The translations under genes were made by a program, and so were the position numbers. Under the pieces are notes generated by a model that had not been told where the DNA came from, ran no database searches, and worked only from the letters and a program-made list of their open reading frames with translations. 34,444 bases of DNA from assembly GCA_947632425.1 (NCBI GenBank), contig CANRPG010000001.1:1-34444 (forward strand), written 5' to 3'. Numbering within the stretch: the stretch's first letter is position 1; the number at the start of each line of letters is the position of its first letter. Origin of the DNA: an uncultured Clostridia bacterium. Lineage in GTDB: Bacteria; Bacillota; Clostridia; Oscillospirales; Ruminococcaceae. Positions 8,393 to 17,205 of this stretch are shown in pieces.

Positions 8393-9043
8393 ATGCCTGA
8401 ATTTCTTACTTTGCGGCTTATAAACAAATATTCGCTGCTTTCAAATGCGCAGAAGCGCAAAAAGATGTTTGCATTTATGCGGCTTGAAGAAATGCTGGAT
8501 AAGCTGTTCAAGTTTGTGGTGCTTATAGGTATGTTTTTGTGCATTTGGTGGAACATAAACGCCATAAAAGAGGGCAGAGTGGTCTACGGCGTTATTGATA
8601 CCGCGATAGAGTGGGTGGTATACCCTATTGCTCTGTACTGCGAGATACTTGCTGTAAAACGTGGCAGCAGCGTGGGTCTTGTGCTGTTTATTGTAACAAA
8701 CCTTGTGATATTTTTCCACACGCCGACATACAGCCTTACAAACGTGTGGAGCATACTTTTCGTGATAGTTGCGGCGCGGCTGGAGGCGTTTTCAAAGCTG
8801 CCGGGCTACCCGAAATTCAGCGATGACTTAGATGCCAAACGCGTTAGCGACGAGCAGGAATATCTTGCACGAAGCAAGGGCGAGAAAACGGGCAAGCCCA
8901 AAAGCGCGGCAGCGGTGCAGAACGATTATTACGACATGATACTAAACGGCAAGATAGAGTATGACAAAGCCGACACGGGTATCAAAAAGGGCGAAATGGA
9001 TACCCTTGAAGTGCCCGATGACTTGGGGGATAACGATGCTTGA
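8393..9043 (+). CDS. Membrane protein of unknown function, paralog 1 of 3 (PGYP-motif family)
   Basis: 216-aa ORF with a cytoplasmic N-terminus of about 38 aa containing a conserved KY, 3-4 TM helices, motif KLPGYPKF and an acidic tail. No clear SD precedes it. Start 8393 is supported by alignment with the two paralogs. Confidence 0.7.
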   Translation: MPEFLTLRLINKYSLLSNAQKRKKMFAFMRLEEMLDKLFKFVVLIGMFLCIWWNINAIKEGRVVYGVIDTAIEWVVYPIALYCEILAVKRGSSVGLVLFIVTNLVIFFHTPTYSLTNVWSILFVIVAARLEAFSKLPGYPKFSDDLDAKRVSDEQEYLARSKGEKTGKPKSAAAVQNDYYDMILNGKIEYDKADTGIKKGEMDTLEVPDDLGDNDA

Positions 9044-9728
9044 AGTCATAGTTAAAAAATATCAGGCGCGGTATGATATGCTGCCGGACATCGAAAAATG
9101 CACGCTGAAAAAAGAGCTTGACGGCTCGGTAGAGCGCTGCATGACGGTGTATATGTGGCTGTTTATAGTGCTGCTGATGTTCTCGGGCATACTGGGCTGG
9201 ACGGTGTTTATCGGCGAGGGGCAGAAGTATGACCTTTCGCGGCTGACGCTTGGCAGCAAGGAACTGCCGTTTCTGGTGTTCATACCGCTGCTTTACATAC
9301 CCATGATAGCGTGGGCGAGGGCGGCAAAAAACTGCATTCCTATGTATGTTATGTTTCTTTTGTCGATAGTCGGCGCGGTGTGCACCAAGGGCATATTGCT
9401 GCTTTTGACTATATTTTGCATATACTTTATAACGGCAGAAGTAAAGGTCAAGGCGCTCTCGCGGCTGGAAGGCTACCCTGCATTTGCAGAAAAGCAGAAA
9501 GAAGGCTATGCGCAGGGGCTTACCTTTGAGCAGATTGCAGCCATTGACCGCATAGACGACAGAGAGCTTGACAGCAAGGCGGCGCAGGAGCTTAAAAAGC
9601 GCGTTCTCAGCGGCGATGAAGATGCGCTGAAAGAACTTGGCATAAAGCAGCAAAGCGAGGAAATGGACGTGCTGTACGTTCCCGAAAATATTGATATGGG
9701 AGAGAGCGATGTTTCAGAGGATTGTTGA
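9036..9728 (+). CDS. Membrane protein of unknown function, paralog 2 of 3
   Basis: Start moved to ATG 9036, where GGGGGA lies 5-6 nt upstream and ATGCTTGA overlaps the stop of paralog 1. It has the same TM layout, motif RLEGYPAF and an acidic tail. Confidence 0.7.
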   Translation: MLEVIVKKYQARYDMLPDIEKCTLKKELDGSVERCMTVYMWLFIVLLMFSGILGWTVFIGEGQKYDLSRLTLGSKELPFLVFIPLLYIPMIAWARAAKNCIPMYVMFLLSIVGAVCTKGILLLLTIFCIYFITAEVKVKALSRLEGYPAFAEKQKEGYAQGLTFEQIAAIDRIDDRELDSKAAQELKKRVLSGDEDALKELGIKQQSEEMDVLYVPENIDMGESDVSEDC

Positions 9729-10629
9729 CGGCGAAAGCGCAAAATATTTCGATCTTTCGCGCGAAGATAAGATAATAAAACTGCGCGAGGTGCAGAAGAC
9801 CGAGGGAAAAATATCCGACCTGATGTGGTTTTTAGCGGTAATAATGGTGATAGTCGGGCTGTGGATGTCGCAGTATTTCGGCTATGGGGAAATAGAGTTC
9901 GCGGTGGTGTTCTTCGCGGTCGCAAACTCTGCTATGGTGGCGTTTGCAAGGTCTTCAAAAAATACAGCGCCGCTGTATGTGCTGCTGGGCGTTACGCTGC
10001 TCTCGGCAATTGCAACTTTGGGCGTATATACTGTGTTTTTTGTGTATGATGCGGTATTTATATGGGCGGAACTGCGGCTTATTGCTATGAAAAACCTGCC
10101 CGGCTATCCTTTGTTTGAAGAAGCAAATACCGACAGAATGGATAAAAAGCTTACCGAGAAGCAGCTTTACGCATACGAAATAAAACAGCTGAGTGATATA
10201 AATTCTACACAAGAGCAGAAAATGCAGGATAAGCAAAACCTTGACAAGATACTCAGCGGTGAGATGGATCTTGACGAATACCTAGGCGTTGACAAGCTGC
10301 CGGGCGGCGATATGGATAAAGCGAAACAAACGCAGTATGATAAATATGAAGCATCTCTTTCGTATGATGAAAACGGCGACGGAATTTCATTAAACGGCAC
10401 GGTTGACGAATATTTTGACGACATGGAAAAGCGCAGGCGTATACAAGAACAACAGGTAAAAGCAAAAGAAGAGCGGCTTGCGAAAAAAGGTCTTGACGAC
10501 AGTGCGGAGAACTTCTATAGAAAGTTTGAAAGCGGCGGCGGCAAACTGAACGAAAACGCCGCACAGAAAAATATAAAAACAACTTTTCATAAAGCTGTAA
10601 ATTCTACCGATGGAGGTAACAACGGATAA
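9709..10629 (+). CDS. Membrane protein of unknown function, paralog 3 of 3, with a longer acidic or coiled tail
   Basis: Start moved to ATG 9709, with GGGAGAG upstream; it overlaps the end of paralog 2 by 20 nt. It carries motif NLPGYPLF and shares an ILSGE/VLSGD tail motif with paralog 2. Confidence 0.7.
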   Translation: MFQRIVDGESAKYFDLSREDKIIKLREVQKTEGKISDLMWFLAVIMVIVGLWMSQYFGYGEIEFAVVFFAVANSAMVAFARSSKNTAPLYVLLGVTLLSAIATLGVYTVFFVYDAVFIWAELRLIAMKNLPGYPLFEEANTDRMDKKLTEKQLYAYEIKQLSDINSTQEQKMQDKQNLDKILSGEMDLDEYLGVDKLPGGDMDKAKQTQYDKYEASLSYDENGDGISLNGTVDEYFDDMEKRRRIQEQQVKAKEERLAKKGLDDSAENFYRKFESGGGKLNENAAQKNIKTTFHKAVNSTDGGNNG

Positions 10630-11217
10630 ATGGTTAAGATAAGGATCAGCGGGATAAGAAATGCGGACGATATAGCCTGCGCCAACGAGGTGCAGCCTGC
10701 GTACATAGGTTTCTCATTTTTTGACGGTCTTTACAGGGTGACGGGGAATATCGCTTCAAAGCTGGTTTACAGCCTGCGCCCCGAAATTCAGGCGATAGGA
10801 ATGTTCTGCGACCAGGATATTTCTCAGATAACGCCGCTGCTCTCGGCAGGCATATGCGAGACGGTTGAGCTTTGCGGCGGCGAGAGCGCGGAGTATATAA
10901 AAGCGCTGAAACTTCGCGCTGAAACAAAGGTGATAAAACGCTTTTCACTAAAATGCATAGGCGATGCGGTGAAGATAAACGAAAGCCCTGCCGACTTTGT
11001 TTCTCTGTCGCTGAGGGATATAGCGAGATTCCCGAGCATTACGCAGAGCATTGACAAGCCGTTTTTCGTGACGGGCGACATAACGGCGGATTCGGTGAGG
11101 GAGATAGCGAGGAATTTTTCGCCGTATGCCATAGATGTTGCGATACGCCCCGAGGCAACGCCCGGCGTAAACAGAATGATATTCGGCGGCATATGCTCGG
11201 AAGCTGAAAAATACTGA
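10630..11217 (+). CDS. Phosphoribosylanthranilate isomerase (TrpF)-like TIM-barrel protein, divergent and possibly non-catalytic
   Basis: 195-aa ORF. N-terminus MVKIRISGIRNADDIA...AYIGFSFF aligns with the TrpF pattern M..VKICGI.....A...GAD.(I/V)GFVF. The catalytic Cys is replaced by Ser, and the C-terminal SSGVE-type motif reads AIRPE. Confidence 0.55.
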   Translation: MVKIRISGIRNADDIACANEVQPAYIGFSFFDGLYRVTGNIASKLVYSLRPEIQAIGMFCDQDISQITPLLSAGICETVELCGGESAEYIKALKLRAETKVIKRFSLKCIGDAVKINESPADFVSLSLRDIARFPSITQSIDKPFFVTGDITADSVREIARNFSPYAIDVAIRPEATPGVNRMIFGGICSEAEKY

Positions 11218-11238
11218 CAGAATTTTGGAGAGGATAAT

Positions 11239-12207
11239 ATGGAAAGACTGTTTTGCAAAGGCTACACGTGGGGAGCGTTCGCAAAAAGCGGCGAATATAT
11301 GACAGACTATGCTAAAAAATCAATGCAGAGGCTGTGCAGCGACGGCATTGACTGGATATGCATACCCGTGAACGCCTTTCAGGAAACGTATACTTCGCTG
11401 TGCGTGCACCCTTTATATGGCAGAACGCAGACCGACGAGGACGTTGTGTACGCAATAAATATGGCAAAGGAAATGGGTCTGAAAGTGTGCCTTAAACCTA
11501 TGGTAGACTGCCTTGACGGCGTGTGGCGCGCGAGAATTCATTTTCCCGAAGAGGGCAGGGAAAACTATCTTGACAGGTGGTTTGCATCTTACACGGCGTT
11601 TATGCTGCACTATGCCGCAATTGCGCAGAAAACCGGCTGCGAAATGCTCTGCACCGGCTGCGAGATGGACGGCATGGACGTATGCCATGAAAGAGTGTGC
11701 AAGATGATAGATGCGGTAAGGGAAGTATACCACGGCATTATAATGCACAACATAAACCATGACGACGAGTTCAAATACCCGTGGCTGTCAAAGGTAGATG
11801 TCATAGGTATTTCGGCGTATTACAGGCTTACAGACGGCGACGATGTTAGCCTTGGCAGAATGCTGCGCTCGTGGGACGACATACGCACAAGGCTCATACG
11901 TATGCATGAAAAGTACCAAAGACCTATAATGTTTGCAGAGATAGGCATACGCAACGAGCACGGCTGTTCAAAATACCCGTATGACTTTCACCACCGCGAG
12001 GAAGTGCCGCTGGACGAGGACGAGCAGGCTGATTTTTATCAGTCGGCGCTGCATACATTCTGGGACGAGGACTGGTTCTCGGGGTATTTCTGGTGGGACT
12101 GGAAAGTAAAGCTCACGCCGAGCGCGCAGATACATAAAAACAGAGATTTTACGATATACGGCAAAAAGGCTGAAAGGATACTCAGCAGCTGGTATCTTAC
12201 AAAGTAA
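11239..12207 (+). CDS. Clan GH-A TIM-barrel glycoside hydrolase (GH113-like), cytoplasmic
   Basis: 322-aa ORF with no signal peptide. It starts KGYTWGAF. Candidate acid/base is in GCEMDG and candidate nucleophile in MFAEIGIRN. The WFSGYFWWDW tail fits the family. GGAGAGGA is the RBS. The family assignment is from memory only. Confidence 0.55.
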   Translation: MERLFCKGYTWGAFAKSGEYMTDYAKKSMQRLCSDGIDWICIPVNAFQETYTSLCVHPLYGRTQTDEDVVYAINMAKEMGLKVCLKPMVDCLDGVWRARIHFPEEGRENYLDRWFASYTAFMLHYAAIAQKTGCEMLCTGCEMDGMDVCHERVCKMIDAVREVYHGIIMHNINHDDEFKYPWLSKVDVIGISAYYRLTDGDDVSLGRMLRSWDDIRTRLIRMHEKYQRPIMFAEIGIRNEHGCSKYPYDFHHREEVPLDEDEQADFYQSALHTFWDEDWFSGYFWWDWKVKLTPSAQIHKNRDFTIYGKKAERILSSWYLTK

Positions 12208-12239
12208 GCGATTGTAATCAAATTGTAGTCGTTTTGTCG

Positions 12240-12269
12240 TTGCATTGATACCGTATTATGTGTTATAAT
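12240..12269 (+). promoter_or_regulatory. Sigma-A type promoter for the L,D-transpeptidase gene
   Basis: TTGCAT, an 18-nt spacer, then TGT-TATAAT, about 65 nt upstream of ATG 12335. Confidence 0.5.
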
Positions 12270-12334
12270 ATACCTTGAAGCATTATGACATACCAAAGCG
12301 GTATGTTTTACAATAGAAACGAAAGGACACAGCT

Positions 12335-14116
12335 ATGGAGAAGGATTTTGACATCTCGGCAAATACAGGCGGTCTTGACTCTGTGCTTTCCGCAGGCTCA
12401 GCTTCGCAGCAGGAGCGGCAGAAAAAAGCGCAGATGATGGCCCGGCAGATAGCTATGAATATGGGCGATGACGATGACGACTATGTGCCGCAAAGCTCAA
12501 AGCAGGCGGAAGAACCCACAAGGGAGCGAACGCTGGCGCAGCGACCCGTAAGGGCATCTTCGCAGGGGGCGAGACCCAAGAGCGGCAGCAGCGCAAACCG
12601 TTCAAGGTCTGCATCACAAAGCCGCAGCAGTTCAAACAGAAACTATTCGGGCAGCAGAAAGAGCAGCGGCAAAAAGCGCAGAAGGAAGAAGAAGTCATCG
12701 GGCGCAGGCGCTACTATAGGCTTTCTGCTGGGATTTATCGTTGTTTTGCTGGGCGTTGGTTACTTTATAGGGCTGATACTCACAAACGGCACGTTTTTGC
12801 CCAACACAACGATAAACGGCGTTGACGTCAGCAAGATGACTCTCGCGGAGGCGACCGAGCTTCTGAAACCCGAGGAAGTGCCGGGGCTTGTTCTTACAAA
12901 GAAAGACGGCACTGCGATAACTATAAGCGCAAGCGAGTTTGACTACAAAGACGACACCGAACAGCAGGTGCAGAGGATATACTCGGATATTGACCGCAAG
13001 ATGTGGTTCAAGTCGCTGTTTTCAACGTTTGACTATAGATTCAAGGCGAACGTTACGTATGATGAATCAAAGCTCACGCAGGCGCTTGACAAGATAGTGT
13101 GGGGCGTTACTGAGCCTAAGAATGCATATATAGCGCATACCGAAGAAGGCTTTATAATAGTTGATGCCACCGAGGGCGACACGCTCGATTACAGCAAGCT
13201 CAAACCGTTTATACTCGATAAAGTGCATAACGATATATTCAATATAAATATTGCCGACTGCGACTGCTTCTACAAGGCGGAAATTCAGGCGGAGGATCTT
13301 GAGGATCAGCTGGCGTTCTACCAGAAGCTCGGCGATTTTACCGTAACTATAGACTTCGACTATACAAAAGAGCTGCTTACCCTTGAAGATTACAGCACTT
13401 GGATGAAGTTCAGCGAGGACGGCACATCTTACACGGTAAACAAAGATGAGGTAGCGCAGTATGTGGGTCATCTTGCGGATATTTATGATACCTACGGCAC
13501 CGCGAGGGATTTCCACGCGACCTTGCAGGGCGATATAACGGTAGACCAGGGCGCGCAGGGCACCTACGGCTGGAAGATGGATCAGGCAAAGACCACCGAC
13601 GAGCTTATTAAAGCGCTTGAAGCAGGCGAGAGCGTGACTCTCGATCCGATATATGAATCACGCTACGATAAAGAAGGCTATGCGTATTTCACCTATGCAG
13701 GACTTGAAAGCGCGCGCTCGGCAGAGTCTGATATAGGCGATACCTACATCGAGGTAGACCTTACCGCGCAGCATATGTGGTATTATCAGAACGGCGAAGT
13801 GCTGTTCGAGACCGACCAGATAGTTTCGGGTCTGTATTCTGAGCCGAAAAGAGTTACACCCGAGGGCGTTTACGAGATACTTGAAAAGCAAAGCCCTTAC
13901 AAAATGTCGGGCGACGGCTATACCAACGTTCCGTGTACCTACTGGATGAGAGCATCGTATGAGGGCATAGGCTTCCACGACCTGAGCAGATATTCATACG
14001 GCGGAAAGGTTTATCTGACAGACGGTTCGCACGGCTGCATAAACATGAAGTATGCCGAAGCGCAGAAGCTTTACAGCCTTGTTGCAGTGGGCACGCCGGT
14101 GGTAATGTACTACTAA
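12335..14116 (+). CDS. L,D-transpeptidase (YkuD domain) with an N-terminal Ser/Arg-rich disordered region, a TM anchor and PG-binding-type domains
   Basis: 593-aa ORF. C-terminus GIGFHDLS...GSHGCINM is the YkuD catalytic His/Cys signature. The TM segment is GATIGFLLGFIVVLLGVGYFIGLIL. GAAAGGA is the RBS. Confidence 0.85.
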   Translation: MEKDFDISANTGGLDSVLSAGSASQQERQKKAQMMARQIAMNMGDDDDDYVPQSSKQAEEPTRERTLAQRPVRASSQGARPKSGSSANRSRSASQSRSSSNRNYSGSRKSSGKKRRRKKKSSGAGATIGFLLGFIVVLLGVGYFIGLILTNGTFLPNTTINGVDVSKMTLAEATELLKPEEVPGLVLTKKDGTAITISASEFDYKDDTEQQVQRIYSDIDRKMWFKSLFSTFDYRFKANVTYDESKLTQALDKIVWGVTEPKNAYIAHTEEGFIIVDATEGDTLDYSKLKPFILDKVHNDIFNINIADCDCFYKAEIQAEDLEDQLAFYQKLGDFTVTIDFDYTKELLTLEDYSTWMKFSEDGTSYTVNKDEVAQYVGHLADIYDTYGTARDFHATLQGDITVDQGAQGTYGWKMDQAKTTDELIKALEAGESVTLDPIYESRYDKEGYAYFTYAGLESARSAESDIGDTYIEVDLTAQHMWYYQNGEVLFETDQIVSGLYSEPKRVTPEGVYEILEKQSPYKMSGDGYTNVPCTYWMRASYEGIGFHDLSRYSYGGKVYLTDGSHGCINMKYAEAQKLYSLVAVGTPVVMYY

Positions 14117-14145
14117 TTGCTCAGAGGTTTACAATTGAACAACAC

Positions 14146-14187
14146 AAAAGCGATCCGGCTAAAATCGGGTCGCTTTTTTGTTTTTTG
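14146..14187 (+). terminator. Rho-independent terminator after the L,D-transpeptidase gene
   Basis: GCGATCCGG (14150-14158) pairs with TCGGGTCGC (14165-14173) across a 6-nt loop. TTTTTTGTTTTTT follows. Confidence 0.85.
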
Positions 14188-14522
14188 TGGATACGCGCAT
14201 GGTGTTCGCAGAGTATATCACTATACGAAAGATAATAATTATCAGCAAATAATTGAGCAAAACCAGTTGTTCGCAATATTTCTGACCAGTAATATTATTT
14301 TTATATTTGTTAAAAAGCGGCTGAAATAAATATCATGCCCTGCACACTCTTTGGAAGGAGTGACCATTTTTTTGACTGCAAAAGGCATAAAAAGAGTTAT
14401 GTTTTCGGCAAACACAACTTCGTTGACAATATTTACATTTGTAATTAAACAATTATATACATTTCTATATATATTAAACAGCCGTCACAATAAAATATCG
14501 GGAAATAATATTAAATTTCTAC

Positions 14523-14551
14523 TTGATTTTTGTTTCGTATAGTGATATAAT
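14523..14551 (+). promoter_or_regulatory. Sigma-A type promoter for the tad locus
   Basis: TTGATT, a 17-nt spacer, then TGA-TATAAT (extended -10). It lies in an AT-rich intergenic region of about 560 bp and predicts a leader of about 118 nt before ATG 14676. Confidence 0.6.
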
Positions 14552-14675
14552 AAAAGAAAGTATGCTATCTTGTCGAAAGAATGTATTTTGCAGGGTAATT
14601 GCATAAAAGTCCGATGCGCTGCCGCACAGACCTGCGCAGGGAGCGCGGACTCAATATCATTAAGAGGGTGCATTC

Positions 14676-15791
14676 ATGAAGCTGTTACTGTTGGATAAAG
14701 ACGTCGGTTACTTAAAGCGCGTTAAACTTTACTTGGAAAAGAAACATTCCGATATACAGATAAAAATATACGACAGTCAGGAGTCTGCAACAGCAGCCAT
14801 TTCTGATGAGAGATTTGACGTTGTGCTGTTCGACAGCGCTTTTGCATCTGAGGACATAGGCGCATATGAACTTGCAGGTGATGCTGCCTTTGCGTATATT
14901 TCGGGAACAAATGAAGTGATTGATAATAAAGACACTATCTTCAAGTATTGTACTGTTTCGGAAATGTACTCAAAGATATGCTCTTTATATGAAAAGAAGA
15001 AGAACAGGATAATCAAGTCGCACAATGAAGATGATCAGCAGGAAAAAGACATTGAGGTTATAACATTTTTGCCGGTTCACGGCGGAGCAGGCAGTTCAAC
15101 AATGGCGTCTGCGTGCGCTATATCTCTGGCAGATGAACACGAAGTGCTTTACATAGACCTTGAACAGAGACCTACAGATTCGGTGCTGTTTGACAACGGG
15201 TGCAGCAAAGGTATTACCGATATAGTTGCGCTTATGAAAACCAAGTATTCTGATGCCGCATTGTATAATCTGCTCAGCGAGGCAATACAGAAAGATCGCA
15301 AGCAGAGCTTTGGCAGGGTATCATATATCAAGGGCTTCACCAACATTATGGAAGGCGCCTCGATGACACCTCAGTGCATTACAACGCTGATAGATGTTAT
15401 AAGAAGCAAATTCAGCTTCAGGTATGTGGTAATAGATGCCGATTTTATAGTAGGTCCACTGCTGAAAGCTGTGATACTTTCTTCGGACAAGCTGATATTT
15501 GTATCTTCCGGCTCAGATATTTCAAATCTGAAGCTGGAGGGCATACACAGGTATCTCGATGTGCTTTCGAGAGAAGCAGAGAATATGCCGCGTAAATATA
15601 TACTGTTTAATCAGTATTACGGCGTTGAAAACGAGCAGACGGTCGTGCGCGATATGGAAGTTATCGCACGGCTGGGAAGATACCGCACCGATGATAAGTC
15701 ACGCATAACCACTCAGCAGATAATAGATGAGGTAACAAATAAAAATGTATTCGCACGGCTGAGGGCAAAGCCGGCGATGCTTGGAAATTAG
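14676..15791 (+). CDS. tadZ: TadZ/CpaE-like pilus-assembly protein: receiver-like N-domain plus a MinD/ParA-like domain with a degenerate Walker A
   Basis: 371-aa ORF. N-terminus MKLLLLDKD...FDVVLFDS is CheY-like. The P-loop region reads VHGGAGSST, where MinD/ParA has KGGxGK[ST]. It sits directly upstream of cpaF. The RBS is AAGAGGGTG. Confidence 0.8.
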   Translation: MKLLLLDKDVGYLKRVKLYLEKKHSDIQIKIYDSQESATAAISDERFDVVLFDSAFASEDIGAYELAGDAAFAYISGTNEVIDNKDTIFKYCTVSEMYSKICSLYEKKKNRIIKSHNEDDQQEKDIEVITFLPVHGGAGSSTMASACAISLADEHEVLYIDLEQRPTDSVLFDNGCSKGITDIVALMKTKYSDAALYNLLSEAIQKDRKQSFGRVSYIKGFTNIMEGASMTPQCITTLIDVIRSKFSFRYVVIDADFIVGPLLKAVILSSDKLIFVSSGSDISNLKLEGIHRYLDVLSREAENMPRKYILFNQYYGVENEQTVVRDMEVIARLGRYRTDDKSRITTQQIIDEVTNKNVFARLRAKPAMLGN

Positions 15792-15819
15792 CCGAAAATT
15801 TTGCGCGGGAGTCAGATAT

Positions 15820-17190
15820 ATGCAAAAGATAAACAAGCATGAAGTAATAGATGAGATAGTTAATAAGATATGTGGTATGATAGGCGACGATACGACCGGC
15901 GGTGAGGCATATGACGATAACGCTCTGGGGTTTGGGGCGGTAATGAGCAAGACTGACGAAACTCGCAAACACCGCGACGCCGATGATGAGACATACCGCC
16001 GCTATATATGGGATATGCTCAACTCGCTTCTCAATGAAAGCAGCGACTATATTGCTTCAAACGGCGAGACGGTATATATCAGCCCTGATGACAAAGCTGT
16101 TATAGTTGAACGGGTATTCGGCAATTTTCGCGGTCTGGGACTATTAGAACCGATACTTATAGATGATAACATAACCGAAATAATGATAAACGGCCCCGAC
16201 AATATTTTTATTGAAAAGGACGGCAATGTAATGCGGCTGGATCAGCGCTTTGGTAGCACTACCGAAGAAGGTACGAAGCAGCTGAGGAAAATAATATACC
16301 GCATAGTTTACGAATGCGGAAGAGAAGTCAATGAGTCAAACCCGATAGTTGACGCAAGGCTTAAAGACGGTTCAAGAGTAAACATCGTTTTGAGACCTAT
16401 AGCGCTTAAAGGCGACACGGTAACCATACGTAAATTTTCAAAAAAGCCGATGAGCATTGAAAAGCTGATATCATACGGCTCTATAACAAACGATATAGCC
16501 ATGAAGCTGAAAAAGCTTGTCGCGGCAAAATACAACATATTTATAAGCGGCGGTACAGGCAGCGGCAAGACAACGTTTCTGAACGCGCTTTCAAACTACA
16601 TACCGTTTGACGAGCGTGTTATAACGATAGAGGACTCGGCAGAATTGCAGATTACGGGTCTGGACAATCTTGTAAGTCTGGAAACGAAGCAGGCAAACGC
16701 GGAGGGCAAGGGCGCTATCACAATAAAAGATCTTATAAAGTCCTCGCTGAGAATGAGACCCGAAAGGATAGTTGTAGGCGAGGTGCGCGGTGAAGAAGCG
16801 CTGGATATGCTTCAGGCGATGAATACCGGTCATGACGGTTCGCTCTCTACCGGTCACGCAAACTCTGCGAAGGATATGCTCACGAGGCTGGAGACAATGG
16901 TGCTTCAGGGAGCCTCGGGACTGCCGCTGGACGCGGTGCGCAGGCAGATAGGCTCTGCACTGGATCTGATAGTGCACCTTTCAAGAATGAGGGATCATTC
17001 GCGAAAGGTAGTTGAGATAACCGAGGTGCTGGGATATGAAAAAGGCGAGATAGTCTTAAATCCTCTGTATGTTTTTAAAGAAGATGAAAATTCTACGCCG
17101 GAACACGTTTCAGGCAAGCTGGTAAGAACAGAAAACCCCATGCACAACAAGGAAAAGATGAGGTTGGCAGGCGTTTCTGATGATTTTTGA
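15820..17190 (+). CDS. cpaF: CpaF/TadA family secretion ATPase
   Basis: Motifs seen: Walker A GGTGSGKTT, TIEDSAEL, RMRPERIVVGEVRGEEALDMLQAMNTGHDGSLSTGHANS. Start moved from the track's TTG 15781 to ATG 15820, which has GGGAG 8 nt upstream. Confidence 0.92.
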   Translation: MQKINKHEVIDEIVNKICGMIGDDTTGGEAYDDNALGFGAVMSKTDETRKHRDADDETYRRYIWDMLNSLLNESSDYIASNGETVYISPDDKAVIVERVFGNFRGLGLLEPILIDDNITEIMINGPDNIFIEKDGNVMRLDQRFGSTTEEGTKQLRKIIYRIVYECGREVNESNPIVDARLKDGSRVNIVLRPIALKGDTVTIRKFSKKPMSIEKLISYGSITNDIAMKLKKLVAAKYNIFISGGTGSGKTTFLNALSNYIPFDERVITIEDSAELQITGLDNLVSLETKQANAEGKGAITIKDLIKSSLRMRPERIVVGEVRGEEALDMLQAMNTGHDGSLSTGHANSAKDMLTRLETMVLQGASGLPLDAVRRQIGSALDLIVHLSRMRDHSRKVVEITEVLGYEKGEIVLNPLYVFKEDENSTPEHVSGKLVRTENPMHNKEKMRLAGVSDDF

Positions 17191-17205
17191 TATGAGGTCG
17201 TGCGT

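Noticed and set aside
8982-9653. Minus-strand 223-aa ORF antisense to membrane paralog 2
   Set aside because: Its composition is Arg/His/Lys/Phe-rich low complexity, and it lies opposite a gene supported by paralog conservation and RBS placement.
10630-11217. Reading the TrpF-like gene as evidence of a tryptophan biosynthesis operon
   Set aside because: No trpA-E or trpG genes are adjacent, and key catalytic and phosphate-binding motifs are altered.
12288-12310. Hairpin ACATACC-aaagc-GGTATGT followed by TTTTA in the leader of the L,D-transpeptidase gene
   Set aside because: A 7-bp AT-rich stem with a short U-run is too weak to call a terminator or attenuator from sequence alone.
14117-14673. 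Short ORFs (62-70 aa) in the AT-rich gap between the L,D-transpeptidase and tadZ. One (14351-14542) follows a GGAAGGAG sequence.
   Set aside because: They span the terminator or the predicted promoter, have AT-driven Ile/Phe/Asn/Lys composition and begin with non-ATG codons. I treat the region as regulatory or non-coding.
14558-14675. Possible c-di-GMP (GEMM-I/II) riboswitch upstream of the pilus operon, as is known for some clostridial pilus genes
   Set aside because: I could not find the conserved GEMM-I elements I remember (GGCAAACC and GACGCAAAGC-type segments with a GNRA loop and receptor). Only a superficial CGCACAG match is present. The region is kept as an unassigned structured element instead.
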